Position numbers and translations under genes: made by a program
Source of the DNA: Catajapyx aquilonaris
Lineage: Eukaryota
Assembly: GCA_000934665.2 (NCBI GenBank)
Contig: KZ538095.1
Span: 62,001 to 126,000, forward strand
Reading direction: 5' to 3'
DNA: 64,000 bases
Part shown: positions 41,301-55,403 of the stretch, in pieces
How positions within the stretch are numbered: the stretch's first letter is position 1
Layout of the letters: the number at the start of each line of letters is the position of its first letter
Notes under the pieces: generated by a model
The model's input: the letters and a program-made list of their open reading frames with translations, nothing else
What the model was told of the DNA's origin: nothing
Databases searched by the model: none

Positions 41301-43326
41301 CAAATTGGGTATTTATCATTCCAACCCTTCAATAATTTCCATCTGAAACATACCGTGTATATAATTTGTTAGGCCGCAGTTTGATTAAGTGCTTGTTTTA
41401 ATACGCCCGAGTTACTCCAATTTTGCTCTTTAATAGTAGCGTTCACTAAGGCACATAATAGTGTTTTAAAAATAGATCTAACAGAAATGTTTATACACGA
41501 TATATGCTAGAAAGCCATTACAAAGTGAGTTATTGCGACGTGAAAATTGTTGGCTGATGTTGTGCCGAGATATCAACAACAATAACGAAAATATGAACCA
41601 ATACTAAGGATAATGAAAGTTTTTCAACTTTATTGTACGGAGAAATCGTTCATTACTTTCGACTATATATCTAGCAACATTGAACAGTGCATGGTTAATG
41701 TCATATTTATGAAGTATTAATATTTTTAATTTTTATGCTACATTGTATTGTAACTTATACGTATATCGATGACCTCATGATAGCAGCGGATACATATTTG
41801 AAGCGTTTCCTATCGAAAATCAGAATTCGGGCCTGCAGCGGCATTATTGAATGGGAAGAAACATTTACGATGTTTTCCCATCGGCTTGTAAGGAAGAGTG
41901 ACAGCAAAGGCCATCATGCAATAGGCTGTGTGGAAATAAATGTTTGAAAGGCGTGGGTTGGCGTGTTCATTTCTCGATATCCGACTAAGGCAGGCCTGTA
42001 TTTATGGGTGGGTGTATAGCAGAAGGCTCTTCCTGGCTTTTCTCCTCTTTATTTTGTGGAGCTTCTGCATGATTAAGAAGCGAGTCCCAGCCAGAAAAGG
42101 TCGACCAAAACTGCACTTTGCAGCTGCGTCTGCTGCTGCATGGGACAGTATAAATTTTTTGGCGGGGGGAGCTCAGGCGTGAATAAATGAAAGCTTCGTT
42201 TCTGCGCCGATCATCCAGCACGGAAAAAAACACCTGACACGACTGCCACGTATCATGCTCAAAAGATCATGGAGTTTTGCACTTGACAGGAATTTCGCTG
42301 TGTCCTCGTCATAGGGAATTTTCCCTGTGATGGGAGTTGAAGTAAAGCATGTTTTGTTAGGAACATTTGTGCACATTTGTATGAATATATAGTAAAAATA
42401 TTCTGACGGATTTCTTGACAAGTGCAATTGTTATTATTAATAATATGGAACACTTTTAAAATATTTTTGGAAACTGATGGGATCACCCACTCATACACAC
42501 ACATTCACGAATAGCCTAAGACTAAGGCAGGCTTTCGGATACCTTTTATTATAATTTTATCAGTAATCTGCCAACTAATTCAAAATCATAATGGACAAGT
42601 GAGTGAAATTATACGATGAGCCCCAGTGGACATCATCAGGCTGCCTGTTATAGAATTATGAATTATTTTCTAAAAATTATTATCGCGACAACCCGACCTG
42701 TATGTAGCACCATTTTATTAGAAAAGAGCCTCCGATAAATATTTGTAATCAAAAATTATTATTGATAAATTTATTCACGTCATAATATATTAGGTTGTGT
42801 CGTTATACACATTGACAGAAGAGCTGTAGTACAATTCCCTGCCCCAATTTTTAACAATCATTTTGATTGCCACTAAAATGTGATTATAAAAAGTGAAAGG
42901 CGTATATATGTATATTGTATTTGTGTGTGCGAGAGAAAGGGGGAGGAGGCCCCTAGACTGTAAAGCCAATCCGAGACGAAAGCAAAGTAATTTCCTACCC
43001 TCTTTCCATACCGATAACACCAGAAAGCACCTTAACGTCATATAAATCTCCAGCAGAAAATTACAGCAATGCGTTTCCAGATAGGCTTGTATATATTTCT
43101 TCCGGAAGGAAGCACTTTCATAAATCTGCCGAAGATGTATGTGCACACAATTTCCGGGATCCGTCCATTACATTTTCAAGATGATGTTGGGTGTGTTAGT
43201 TGTGAGGAGAAGGGGAGGCCAGAGGCGGAGGAGGAAGAAGAAGAAGTAGGATCTGCAGCCCTGCACAACCGCCCTTAATATCTTGATCCCGGAAAACTGG
43301 GGAAGAGAGAAGAAGAAGAAAAAAAA

Positions 43327-43363
43327 NNNNNNNNNNNNNNNNNNNNNNNNNNNNNNNNNNNNN
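43327..43363. other. Assembly gap (37 N)
   Basis: N run following a purine/poly-A tract. Confidence 0.99.
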
Positions 43364-45498
43364 CCCACACCCTCCAAAGCGGGCTGTGGGATCAAAAAAG
43401 CTTCGTGATTCTTTTAGTTTGAAGTAGGGTGTAGTTGGGGGAGGGTGGGGTGGAAGGGTTCAATTAATGGCTGCTGCCTTTCCTTGGCCAAGAGGAAGGG
43501 ACTTTAATTGCGGTAGAGAGGATTGTAGGCGGCAGAAATAGGGGAAGGAGGGAGGGGGGAGGAGCTAATGGGGGGTAGCCTACGTGACAGGATAGAGGTT
43601 CTGCCTGAATTGGAGGTAATTGTCACTGGTAATCAAGGATTGTCGCATTTTCTCATATTAGTGTGTTCCTTGCTCCGGGTCTACAAATGGTCAGAACCTG
43701 TATCGCCATTGTTATTTCATTGCAATTGTAATGTCATTATTGCGCAAAGGGAAAGATAGAAGCACCGCTCCCATTTGCAGCAGCAGGCATTGAAATAATG
43801 CATGAGAGGACAAACGGCGCTTTGCCTTTGATTCCACCTTATTTCCATATATGAAGCCCAAGATGTATAAATTGAACGCAAACAGAGGGGGCAGAAACGG
43901 CGATATGAGGGTGAGACGTAATGAGAGCGGTGTATGCATGAGTCGTAGGTGTGTGCTGGTCCGAAATGAATGAAACTAGATGGGGCAGAGATGAGCTGGT
44001 CCTCTTTCTGCACAGCAGCTCATTATCAGCACGTTATTCGCAGTTGAAAACCACATGTTAACCCCCATATTGAACAACCTAGGGAGAAAGTTCTGCCACG
44101 CATGGAATAGGAAGGCGGCCCAACCAAGTGTGATCGCGGCCAATTAGCGATTAGCATATTTTATCAGTTCCCATTTCTAGCCGGGCACCAGACCCGCTAT
44201 TGTTCCTCTTCGCCTTCACAAAGTCACATCCGAATCCATTACCACCAATAAGTGCGGAAAGAATGGGCTTATTTCTATGCAGTCCGAACAAAAGGACTTT
44301 CGCGGCTCTCATAGGCCTATCAAAGCCTTGCCCTCCGCTGCTTACTTAGCTCCACTCACTTTGCCAGTAGATATTGTAAAGTTAGCAAGCTTTTCATATA
44401 CCAGAATCTGTTCGTCTTAAATATAGCACCAGGGTATGAAAAACAGGTTAGAAGTTTCATTATTGAGTGTTTCATATTTGGAACGTAAAATATTTTAGTG
44501 CGATAAATTTAGAAGCCTAATGTTCATGTACAGTACCGTACATGCATGATATAGTCAGAGCATTTTCGAGTGAGTCAAACAAATTTACGACTTTGATAAC
44601 AAACGATGCTCTTTTCTACAGAACATGTCGCGTGATTAATTAGTATAGTAAAAACCATACGTATATGCACACGAATTCCTTACTCCTTAATGGCAACTTG
44701 TAAAGTGGTTTTACGAGGCGAGACTTTATCTAAGGAGTATCTATCCTATGACGTCTGAGCTTCTCCCTCTGGGCATCCGAATTAAAGACCTAATTTATAC
44801 CAAATAGGCTATCAATCGAGAGGGTACAAGAACAGCAGTTGCCATGTTTCTTTTTTTTCGCTCCTTGTTTTTTAAGTGGGCGGAGAGGAGGTCCGAGGAA
44901 ACAGTATAGGGTTTGGTCGAAACTAAAGAAAAAGAATAATGGAATGGAATTCCAATAAGCCGCAGATGTTTTCTTCCAGATTCCATCTCAACAGTCCCAA
45001 TTGCAATCAAAGGTTTTGGATTTTCCTGTCCACGGCGCGTGGGTGGCATATAGCAGGTAGGGAATTGGCGCTGTTGCCTGCTGGGGTCTATACGCCATCC
45101 CCTCCTCCAAATCACAGCCTTCACTTTTGATAGTTCTCATTTAGCTATGGCAATAGATCCGAGCGCTTTTCATGTGGACACGACATGCATTAGGGCCGAC
45201 AGTCGACAAATTCGCAGGTTTCTGCCGGCGACAGCCTCATCTATCGTGGTCCCGCTCGGGTGGCAAGTGAGCCAAGACCAAGCGCCCGGGGTCAGCCCCC
45301 GTGGACTCGGCTTAATTTTGCTAAGAAACGGGATTCGCTCTCCCGAGCTCCCAGCCCCGATTGAAAACCTAGAAAAATGAGATAGCTCTCCCCTCGCTCT
45401 GAATCTTTTCACATCAGCGCTCCACTCGACAAGGATGAGAACCGCTCCATCTCCAACGGTAACCTATCCGAGCCTAATTCCAATGGAAAATCAGGTAA

Positions 45499-45578
45499 TA
45501 TCGATATGAAGCCATCTTGGCTGATATGACGTCATAAGCGCTCATATCAATGACGTCATAGGTCATATCAAATATGGC
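45499..45578. promoter_or_regulatory. Quasi-palindromic double-CRE module with DRE and GCCAT ends
   Basis: TATCGATA 45499-45506; GCCATCTT 45511; TATGACGTCATA 45525-45536; ATGACGTCAT 45550-45559; TGATATGAC/GTCATATCA inverted arms; closing ATATGGC. Confidence 0.55.
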
Positions 45579-48500
45579 TGCCGTTTTTTTCCCATAAGGT
45601 GTCCTCTTTCAAATAAAGTCGAAGGTAGATGCCTGTTGGCTACAGGTTTGGCATTTTTTGGGGGATGGAAAAGGTGGAGGGAAGGTTAAGGAGAAGGGGG
45701 AGGAGGGGATCACATTACAATAAATCCCATCGTGACTGGAGCCACCGCACCCAAACACCTTTTTTTTATCGGACACAAAAAAGGTGTGAACGTAGTCGTT
45801 TCATTGGGCATTCCTTTCTCTTATCAAGCACCAGGTGGCAGGGATGTTGCCAGGTTGTGTCCATAACATCGGATTTGCTCTACTTTTCAGGTTTACTTTT
45901 CGTGCAATTGGCTCCTACAGTGTAAGCTAACTTGAAATAATTACGGGCAATTTTTGTTAGTTTTAGTCCCAGTGGTGGGCTTCTAGATAAACCAAGAAGT
46001 GGTAGGTACGGCAACGCAAAGTTGGTGGTACACGACATAACCTGTTGTTATCTGGGAATGCTGTAAAAGACTAAAGATCTGGCTCATAAGTCTGCCTAGG
46101 GGCTGTGGGTTGGGTCGTAAACTTGGTTGACATTGGTGTGGGACAAGAGGACACCTTGGAGCTCCTCCTCTTCTTTGACAAACTCCCGGCTAATCCTTCA
46201 CGTCTACGCAACTCAGCTCGACTCCAATTAATTCTTCGATTTTTAGGCCCTCTTCTACCCCTGCTCATGCCGCCCTTTCTGTCCCTTCCCACCAATCATT
46301 CGGATTCCAACAGAACATATATATATTTTTTTTCCTCTTCAAAAGGGTTCTAAGTTGCGTCATTAGATCACCACCATTTATTGTAACGACGGGGTTTGAA
46401 ATATGTGCGCAATATCATTCGGATTGTTTCCAATATGACCGCCACGCGCTTGCAATGGTATAGATAAAAGTGTGTGAGAGAGAAATAGAAGTCTGGTTGG
46501 CAATGTCAAGGCGAGTTATGAGTCGGCGAGAAACCGGATTAGGGAGCTGGACCTGGGCCTTTCCTTACGAGTCTCCTGAGAAAAGCCGCAGCTGCAAGAG
46601 TTGGGTCCAGGCCCTCGTCGATACAACTCGGACAGACAACATGGATTATTTAGAAGGTTCTCGGGGATGGCCGACGGGGAGATGTGGCCAGAGTATAGGA
46701 GGAAGGAGGGAAAAAAGGAAAAAAAAGGAAAAAAAAACTCGAAGTCTTCCTTGCGACAACCAACCCAGCAGCATCCTCCTCCCCTTTTTTCCCTTTCTTG
46801 TCTTTTTTCGGAGACCTTGCTTCCTTCTTAATGCGGTCTTAAGAAGAAAGTTTGGGGATTATAACCGCGCCCTGGCGCTTCAGGACTGCCCAAACTTTTT
46901 TTTTTCTCTCCTGTTCCGGGAAGGAAAAGCACTGACGACTTTATTACGGTCACTCAAGTTGGGGCTGGAAGGAGAGCTTGTATTTGTTGCCAAAGCCGGG
47001 AAGCGTAGAAAAATAGAGCATTAGTTTGGATCGTATTTCAATTATTCCGGCAGAGGAAAAGAAGACGGATAAAAAAAAACAGGGGAGGACAGGAAGAGGA
47101 GGGATATAGAGACAGGGTGGGCCAATGCGCCAAATGGAAAAGTTCGGGTCCAAAGAGTAGGGATGTCCGCCAGAAGGCTCCTTGGGACTAATATTCCTAT
47201 ACGTGTAGTCAATAAAGGCAAGGCGGCAGGCTTTCCTGGCAGTTTATTAGGTTGAGGACAAACTTCGCGTGAAGTTTGGAGGAAGACAGAAGGACCTGGC
47301 TCATGTCACTGCGTCTGCTTTCGGACATAACTGGGCGCGAGCGGCCCAAAAACTTTTTCTTCGACGAGGGTTAGAACGTTGTCCAGATTCTTAGAGGACT
47401 CGTGCAGTGTCTTTGGGTCTCTCTTGATACTCAGTCTATTTTTATTTGAGCAGTGAATGATCATACTTGATGGAATCACTGCTCCGTACTTGCTGTATCG
47501 GACGAAAATAGGTGTATCATTCGATAAAATTGTATTGTGAAATAGTATCTGGCTCTCCTGACGCGGTGTGAACCACAGATGCTGCAATGGTTGAAACTCG
47601 TATCTGGTAATAGCATCGCCTCACTTTCGAGCTTCTCTCATTCCCATCGCCACCCCCCTGCAAACACCCATGCCGACACACACTGACCATTGCTGAACAA
47701 ACCCCCCAAAAAATGCGACACAAAACCCTCCCGGATTAGCTGGACGACCACCCCCTTTTTCCAAGAATGAAAAGTAGTTGAATGGCCGTTGATTTGACCC
47801 GTGACAATTCCGGACATTTTTCTCCTCCCCCCCACCCCTCTCTCCGGAGTCCTTGTGTCCTCCCCAGCACCATCCGGGACGCTGCATTAACGAACCCTGG
47901 GTTGTATCTGAAAACCATGTAAACAGGTCGGTGTGGACATTATCACGGCGCTGACGAGATTCGCCTGGCACACGACAAGGCCATTGGGCTGGGCCCGAAG
48001 CAAATGGAAATGAGCTAGGCTAGCTGCAGCTCCATCTATACAAACCTGCCCCCTCCCCCTCCCCTCCATGTATATTCCCTCCCCATACCCCCCCCCCCAC
48101 CAGTTCCCCGCATAATTGGTCTGTTATCGGACAATAAGCCATTTTCTCCCTGGATGACATCATTAGTGAGCCCATAACCAGACACCCCTTTTCCACCCCG
48201 CACCCTATAATTTCCAACCATTCCTATTAATATGAGCCCTAATGGGACGGCATAGAATTCCAATGCAGTGTCCCATTCCTCCCCCCGCTTCTTTTATGGA
48301 ATATGAAGCGTCAGCGCCATTTTGGACCGGGGGGGGGGGGGGTTGCCTGANCCATTTTGGACCGGGGGGGGGGGGGCGGTTGCCAGATATCCAGATATAT
48401 GAGAGAGAGGCTTGCCAAAGACAGTGTAGATGGTGTGGGGTGACTAGATCAAACATGACACCGCACGTGTGAGCGGAAGAAGAACTTAAGAAAGGGAGTT

Positions 48501-51500
48501 GCAAGTTATAAATATAAAATGTTAAGTAGTAGGCCTACGTGGCAAAAGAAATGTAACTATATATTTGTCAGTCAGTAGTGATTATTATACTAAATAATAA
48601 TTTAGTAATATTATTTATAAATATATTGTTATCGACTGACGACATGCATTGGGCGTAGCACTTTCGGTGACAATGCCCAACAGCAACTAAAGTCACTTTC
48701 AGGCATCGACGTCAATCAGTTGATCGCTGGCAATTCCCATAAGCGAAACGGTTGCTCGAAGCTCAGCGACATGCCCGCACATGACCGCTATACTTGTAGC
48801 ATCGCAAGGAGAAGGGGAGGATATCCGTGTAGTGTGGCCGAGACAAAGGATATCTCCGCATCCTACCCTGGTCCTTCTCCCCCCCCCTCTCTTTTCCCTC
48901 CCTCCACCCCACCCACAGCCCCATTGCTGCAAGGGCAGTAGTCCATTCTGATTCTCAACAGCACATTTGCGGTTCTTTCCATTAGCAGCGTGTATAGGTC
49001 CGTCCTACAACACCTCAAAGCCTCTCCCTTTCCGCCCTGTGTGTAAGCTGGTGCCCCCCACCCACCCACACACCCACACCTCTCCACCCCCTTTTGCCCA
49101 TATGACACTTTCTCAGCACCTCCTGGGACCAGCACGGGGAAAACCTTCATGATTATTCCATACCCTTGTATCTCATTGTCAACGCAGTGTCGAAAGCTTT
49201 GTTTTCTGGCCCCGCTCTAAGTAGAGATGAACATGAAAATGCTTTTACCTTGCAAGAGAGAGCACCCCCCCCCCCACCCACCCTCCATACTGCCACCTCC
49301 CAGCCCTCTACACCCCCCTTCAGACTAACTCACCTCACCTCACCCCCTACCCCTCCCCAATTTCATTCCGGCTCATATTACTACAGAGACTGTGGCAAAG
49401 TCTTGTAGAGCTTTTCATGAGCAGCCTGGCGGAGTATTTGATGACACTTTTGTCCTCGTGTCAAAGACTCATAGGGCAAGGGAGGTGGGTTGGAGGTGGG
49501 AAGCTAGGCTTTAAAAGGAGACTCTTTATGAACACGATATTGTCATATGGTCCGCTGCTTCTAAATGTCATGTAAGTTACTTTTCTATTGTTGAGAATTT
49601 TTTATTCATTGAAGCTGCCTGTGTTTTCAATAGGCTGTTTGTATTGGCGATTTGAAATGTGAGACTGATTAGAGGATAGAAAAAGGTGGATTCATTAAGC
49701 TGCTTGTGGAGAGAATTATTTCAGTGTGGGACTGATATTGGATGGTGGCTGGAGTAGGTTTTATTCCTGTGCGATATAGACAACCTTTAATTTTTATTTT
49801 GTTTGGCTAGGTGCTTGACTGATCAGACGGTACGTTCAAAAGCTTGTACTCGATGTGACAGGTTACAATGCAATATTCGATATACGCTACACCCGCATTG
49901 AAAGATCATGCAACAACATCGGAGATCTGGTCGTTACGATTATACGGGCACTACGGGAACTATTTTTGTAAACGCTGTAGTGTAGACTACTAATCGGACA
50001 ACTGTGTCGTAAAAATAGATCACTTGTACGGCATATTGGTGCTGTAAGTCTATGTGTGGAAAAGAGTTAAGGATGTTATGATTAACGAATTTTTTTGAGG
50101 TACATTCGCAGAAACTTTATTTTGTTTACTTTGTTAACACATGCTGCAGGACTGTGCATTACGAAAAAGGTAGGCCGCCGTCATCTATAGACTAAACTTA
50201 CGGTAGGCCTAATGTTTTGTTATACTTCGGCCTATAAGCCACCACATGTTTTTCAGAACCCAACGGTTATCAATTTCCTATACTGTAGAAACGCCAGCTA
50301 TATTTAAGTTGCAATTATTTTGAGAGAGACTGGCATATAATAAATACTTCCGTCATATTATGTCTTTTTGACTCAAATAAGCACTATTTTTATTCTCGAT
50401 TATTTTCTTGTATTTACTTCTTTCAAATTTCCTATACCATTCTAATTATATATAGGCCTATGCCTTTTCTCGCTTTATCATCCTTACTGCATGTTATAGG
50501 CACTGAAATACTTCGTAGTAAGTTATGTCGACAAGAGAAACAGTAATAAGCAGCGGGTTAATAACCTTGTCCTTTCTGTTTATCGGCCTGCGTATGTATT
50601 GCAGCTCAGCCTTATATTCCCTTACAATTTGCATATTAATTCCCAGCAATGTTCTTTTTCCGTGAGGTTGCCCTGACTATGAGTGCATGGCAAAAAAACA
50701 CGCGAGCAACGTGGCGTGTCCGACCAGAAAATAAAGCTGAGGCTTGGCTCTTGGTTTGAAGCCTTCTTTGCATGGCTTAGGTTAGGGAGACACCCCCTCA
50801 TTTCCCAGTCTTTTTTCTCCCCCCTCCGTCTTCCCTGCCTCATTACCTGCACCCGCCTTTAAAAAAGGACCACCCTTCCACCAAGCATGTTCTACAAATT
50901 GTGAAGAATTTAAACTTGATTTTTTTTTGAATGGAATGCTTACTATATTTTGATAGTCCCACTTCTATTTTCTGATCTGAGCAAGATCTCAGAATATTCC
51001 AGCAGCCAGAGGACTTGGTCCCCTCCACCCCCGTAAGAATTCCAGAATGAAAAGAGGGCGCTGTCCTGCCGTGTCGGACAAGAATAGCTATTGAAACTGA
51101 AGGCGAGCAGAATATTTGATGGTCCTGTTGACTGTCGAAAAAGCTAAAGCTGCTGTCCTCCTTTCCGGGTGAGGCTCATACTTTATTGACCGTTTGACAT
51201 CGTCATGGCAGTCAGGCGTTGCAGTCTTTAAAAAAATATTTTTTTGTCTGAGCCGAAAAAAAGAGAAACATAGTAGGATGTATAGGCCAGACCCCTCGGC
51301 CATTGGCCCTCGCAAAACGAGGGCATAAAGCCTTTGGCGGAGAGAGGCAGCCATTTCGGAGCAGCAGAAAGGGGGCCTGCCTCCCCCCTCCTCCTTGGAC
51401 CAATAGCGTTCCCCTTTATTAGATCCATAAATTCATCATAGCCCCCCATCTAAGAATGGCCGCCATTGGATCAGGCCCAGTGCCCTCCTCCTTCCCTCTG

Positions 51501-54500
51501 TCTCCCCACCAGGGGACTCCCACGTCGAATATGAAGGCGGGCGAGCAAGGCAGCAGGGCGCAATGCGGATGTTCAGCCCCAGCTCCCAGCCATATTAATA
51601 TTGGATTTTGCATGCTCCGCTATGAATTTCCCAAGGCGACGAAACGACCGGGCTGCCACTTTTCATAAGAGTATTGACTCGCCCTGCATAAGAAGGAATA
51701 AGGGGAAGGGAGCTAGAACTTGCTTCGCTGGTGGAGGTTAGAGACGAAATAATGCATATACTTCATACATATATACAAAAATGTACGAAATATTGCATTT
51801 TGAGCGATATGCAGCAGAACTCGCTACGCTCGGCGGTGGGGCGAAGAAGGTTGAAGAAGGTTCCTGCACCTACCGCTAGAATTTACACCTGACTGAGCCA
51901 GCCTTTCGCAACAAATTAATCCATTGTTGCTTCCCATTACAGGAGCTATAGTACCTGCATGTCCTGCAGTCCACACCTTGTGTATTGTGTAATAGCATGG
52001 AGCAAAGGGGCTCACTCTCGGGATTGACCAGCAGGCCAGGCGAGTGATGGCAGTGGGGATGCGACGATCAGGCCCCCTGATTACAATGAAAAGAGGGAAG
52101 GAAATGAGAGTGAACCTCCTCGAAAACGAGCTAAGTCCCAGAGAGTTAGCGCGAGTCAAGGGCGGGGAGGAAGTCGGTTTTCCTGGAGAGCCACTTTTTG
52201 GGAGAGTTGGCAATAGTGAGGGGTGGGGAGGAGGCAGAGTGGATTTGGCAAACGGGAGATAGAAGAAGGAAAAAAGGAGATGGGGAAGGGGGGGAGGGAA
52301 GACGGCGTCCAAGAGACTTTTCTGGGGATGAAAAGCCCAGGCAGCGGTCACTCGGAGTGGACAGGAGAATTGTATTTACTCGAGGCTCCTCTTCCACGTC
52401 GGGCCGTCTTCATAAAAGGCTTTCAATGTACCATCAAGACATGAATTCGTATTTTTTCCCCGTCCAGATCCGATTTTGAAAGCTTTCCATCCCACCCAAT
52501 CCTCCTCCCTCCCTAGCGTCCCCTTATATACACCCTCACAATCCCTCCCCCTACCCACCCACCCACCCTGGTCCCCCTCCTTCCCCCTACCCCTCCGGCA
52601 TGTACACAAGTCCCAATCGACTGGCGAAGGCTCCTCGGGGCTCAACTTGGGAACGAAAGAAATCAATATCCTTTTCCTATCTGCCTTTTACAATAAATAA
52701 GTAGCCTGGGGATTGGGAGGGTGGGCACAGTTGAGGGAGGATGTGAAAACACTGGACATTCGAATCTCGAACAACTCCACCCTCCCCTCCCGCCACCACC
52801 GCCACCACCACCTTCCTCCTCCTCTCTCCTGTCTTCCCAATGCACTTTAATCTTGTCTCCTTTCAAAAACACGCTTCGGTTTCCGAGGAAGGGAAGGCCG
52901 ACTTTTGTCTCACTCCCTTTTTTTTCTCTTTCCAATTTTTTTGCTACTGCCTGAGCTGAATTCAACACACAACACATCGGGTAGCCTACGGACATTTCAG
53001 TACATGCCCTGAAGGTGGAACAATATGACCAATATTCGTTATGAAGTTAATTGATAATTATGCCCTTGTCCCTCAACAATAGCTCGAGTATCGTGTCATT
53101 GCAATGTTGAAATATTAATGTGGCTTGCGAATGCATCTGCATTCGATATTGGTTAATGCCTATTCATACGATTATTTTACATGAGTTCCAGAGAGCATGA
53201 TGTTATATTCGGATCAAACGTCCTCATCATATTTGTTATTGTTAGAACCGCATGTGAACCTATTTTGATGGGTTATATAATTTCAAAAACGTGAGAATAC
53301 GTGCTATACTCTCATACACAAATTGGGGTCAGGTAGTTTTGATAAAAGCTAATTCAAGTGTAGTATACTGCATATCAATGTATACCAACGGGAATTATTG
53401 TATAAAATATAATCTACAAGGACGCCACCTTGTAATTGATATAGTTAGGATAGCAATAAAAATAAATCTTTATTGAAAACAATTCGATAATGATTACCAT
53501 AACCTGCACTATTTCCATGCTGCATTATAATATTGTTTGTTATTTTAGTACTTATTCAGTAGTATTTCTGCGAGGCCTGCTATACTTGGCAGATCCTTGC
53601 TTTACACTCATTCAAGATTCAGATATAATCAGTCACTACCACACATCCACACTTACATTTTAATACAATCGCAAATAAAGCATTTAAACCAGTACAATAT
53701 ATGCCCACACAAAAACATGCAAAAACCCAGATAACATTACAGTCTAAATTGGACATGTAAGGCTGTGGGTTTTCCTTTACACTCTGCACCACCATGTATG
53801 GTAGTGCCTAACTACTAAACTATTCTCCAACTTAATTAGCCATCCAAAATTTAGCTGCCTCCCCATCATTTCTGAAATAATTTTGACTTACGACAAGAAA
53901 ATACATCGTGGTCTCGTGATGTCTACGCCAAAGCTTTGTCCACGCAGAACAAAATAACTCCCCCGTTATAGTCATTCTTCCCATTTTGTTTGCTCATTAT
54001 TCCACTTCTATAGAAATGACGAGTCACTCGAAGCGGAAATGCAAGCTCCTTCAGGATTAGCCCACAGTATGGCTTTTATTAGAAAATTTACAGCACGACT
54101 GTAGACGTTCCTAACTCTATACAAGCTGCCTTGCCTATACAATACCGCACTGTTCGTGAAAAGCAAGGTAAACCATTGTACTGTACTCCTATTCGCTGAT
54201 ATGAAGTGAGAGGGAATGGTGAATATTGCAAATGCGGGGTGTATATAGAGAGGGGGAAAGAGGGAGGGGGGGGGGCTCCACTGGCTGGCTGGCTGGCTGG
54301 CGCGATAGAGTTCCCAAGCATAATTATTCAAGTCTGCTCCGATTGTGTTGCAGACAACCAGATCAGCGTAACAGGAGATTCTAAAGACTTGCCACTCAGG
54401 ATTAGGGTGGGGGAGGACGCGGGATTAAATCAATAAAGTTTTGGTTCAAACTTATGCAGAAATAACAAGCCGAGCGAATTGTTCCGCCATCTCCATTCCG

Positions 54501-54676
54501 AGCACACAAACTCTGTCTCCCTTCTAATTGTTTCAACACAGCTCAATATACGCAACGCACCATTGTTGACCCCTACAGCCTTGAATAATAATTTCAATTT
54601 CAAAATGTCATCGACTTACTGTATATACACACAGTGTGCATAATTGGATGTTGTATGTCATTCTTTAATCCTCATT

Positions 54677-54870
54677 AAATGCGTGCATGATTTTTCATCG
54701 AAATGTCATTGAGATAGTTTCTTTTTGAGCATTTTTTTTCTTCAAAAATATAAACAATTACCACGATGGTTCATTTTTTTAGAGAAACATCGTGGTATTT
54801 TTTTAATATGTAAAAAAATTGCTCAAAAAGAATCTTAATGGCATTTCTATGAAAAATCATGCGTGCATTT
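54677..54870. mobile_element. Foldback/palindromic MITE-like element (about 195-bp imperfect inverted repeat)
   Basis: The left arm aaatgcgtgcatgatttttcatcgaaatgtcattgagatagtttctttttgagcatttttttt closely matches the reverse complement of the right arm (aaatgcacgcatgatttttcatagaaatgccattaagattctttttgagcaatttttt). Inner arms TACCACGATG (54759-54768) and CATCGTGGTA (54788-54797) enclose a 19-nt loop. Confidence 0.8.
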
Positions 54871-55134
54871 TCAAATGTGGACCATTTAACCCTATAGTTT
54901 TCATGGGAAGTACTATTATAATCAACCACCATTTCTGCCCAAAATTCTTATACAGTATAATGTATCAACACAAATTAAATAGACAATATTTGAATATTCA
55001 TTAATAAAATTTTTTGCTTTGATACAACACTAGGTATGCCATACACACACACTCTCTCTCCAAAAAAAAAAATCCCAAAATATGCAAAAGTGACCGCGCA
55101 CAAACCAACCGATCATAAATACCGGATATGTGAG

Positions 55135-55403
55135 CCAATGAGTGCACCACCTCTTATGAAAACCCGCCCAGTCCTCCGGCAACTCATATCATAACCGTCT
55201 GTTATTGGCTGCAGCCGGATCGATCAGGTGACGCCCCGTGTATGAATATTCTGACGTCACCCCTCGCAAACGCTATCCCCCTACCCCCTCCTGGCACACA
55301 AGAGGGGGCGCCCTTATCATATTCGATAACGCCATTGGCTGGCGGTGGTTTCATAAGGGCGTCCACTGCGTCTTGACCGGCGCTGTTTTTGGAAGTGGGC
55401 GGG
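55135..55403. promoter_or_regulatory. Promoter-like cluster (CCAAT, GC boxes, CRE, CTCF-like)
   Basis: CCAAT 55135, CCCGCCC 55163, ATTGG 55204, TGACGTCA 55252, ACAAGAGGGGGCGC 55298-55311, ATTGG 55334, GGGCGGG 55397. Confidence 0.5.

Noticed and set aside
46470..47024. 184-aa ORF, and similar long ORFs at 32652-33188, 51824-52351 and 25812-26453
   Set aside because: Their length comes from low-complexity purine/pyrimidine tracts or N gaps; no recognisable domain.
48317..48387. Direct repeat of CCATTTTGGACC-polyG-TTGCCwGA
   Set aside because: The two copies are separated by a single N at 48351, which is typical of an unmerged contig overlap at a poly-G run. Assembly artefact.
48441..48460. 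TGACTAGATC, resembling miR-279
   Set aside because: Only 10 nt match, with no hairpin partner.
526..50523. Many GTAAGT donor-like hexamers on + suggesting a multi-exon lncRNA
   Set aside because: The count is about what composition predicts, and exons cannot be called without RNA data.
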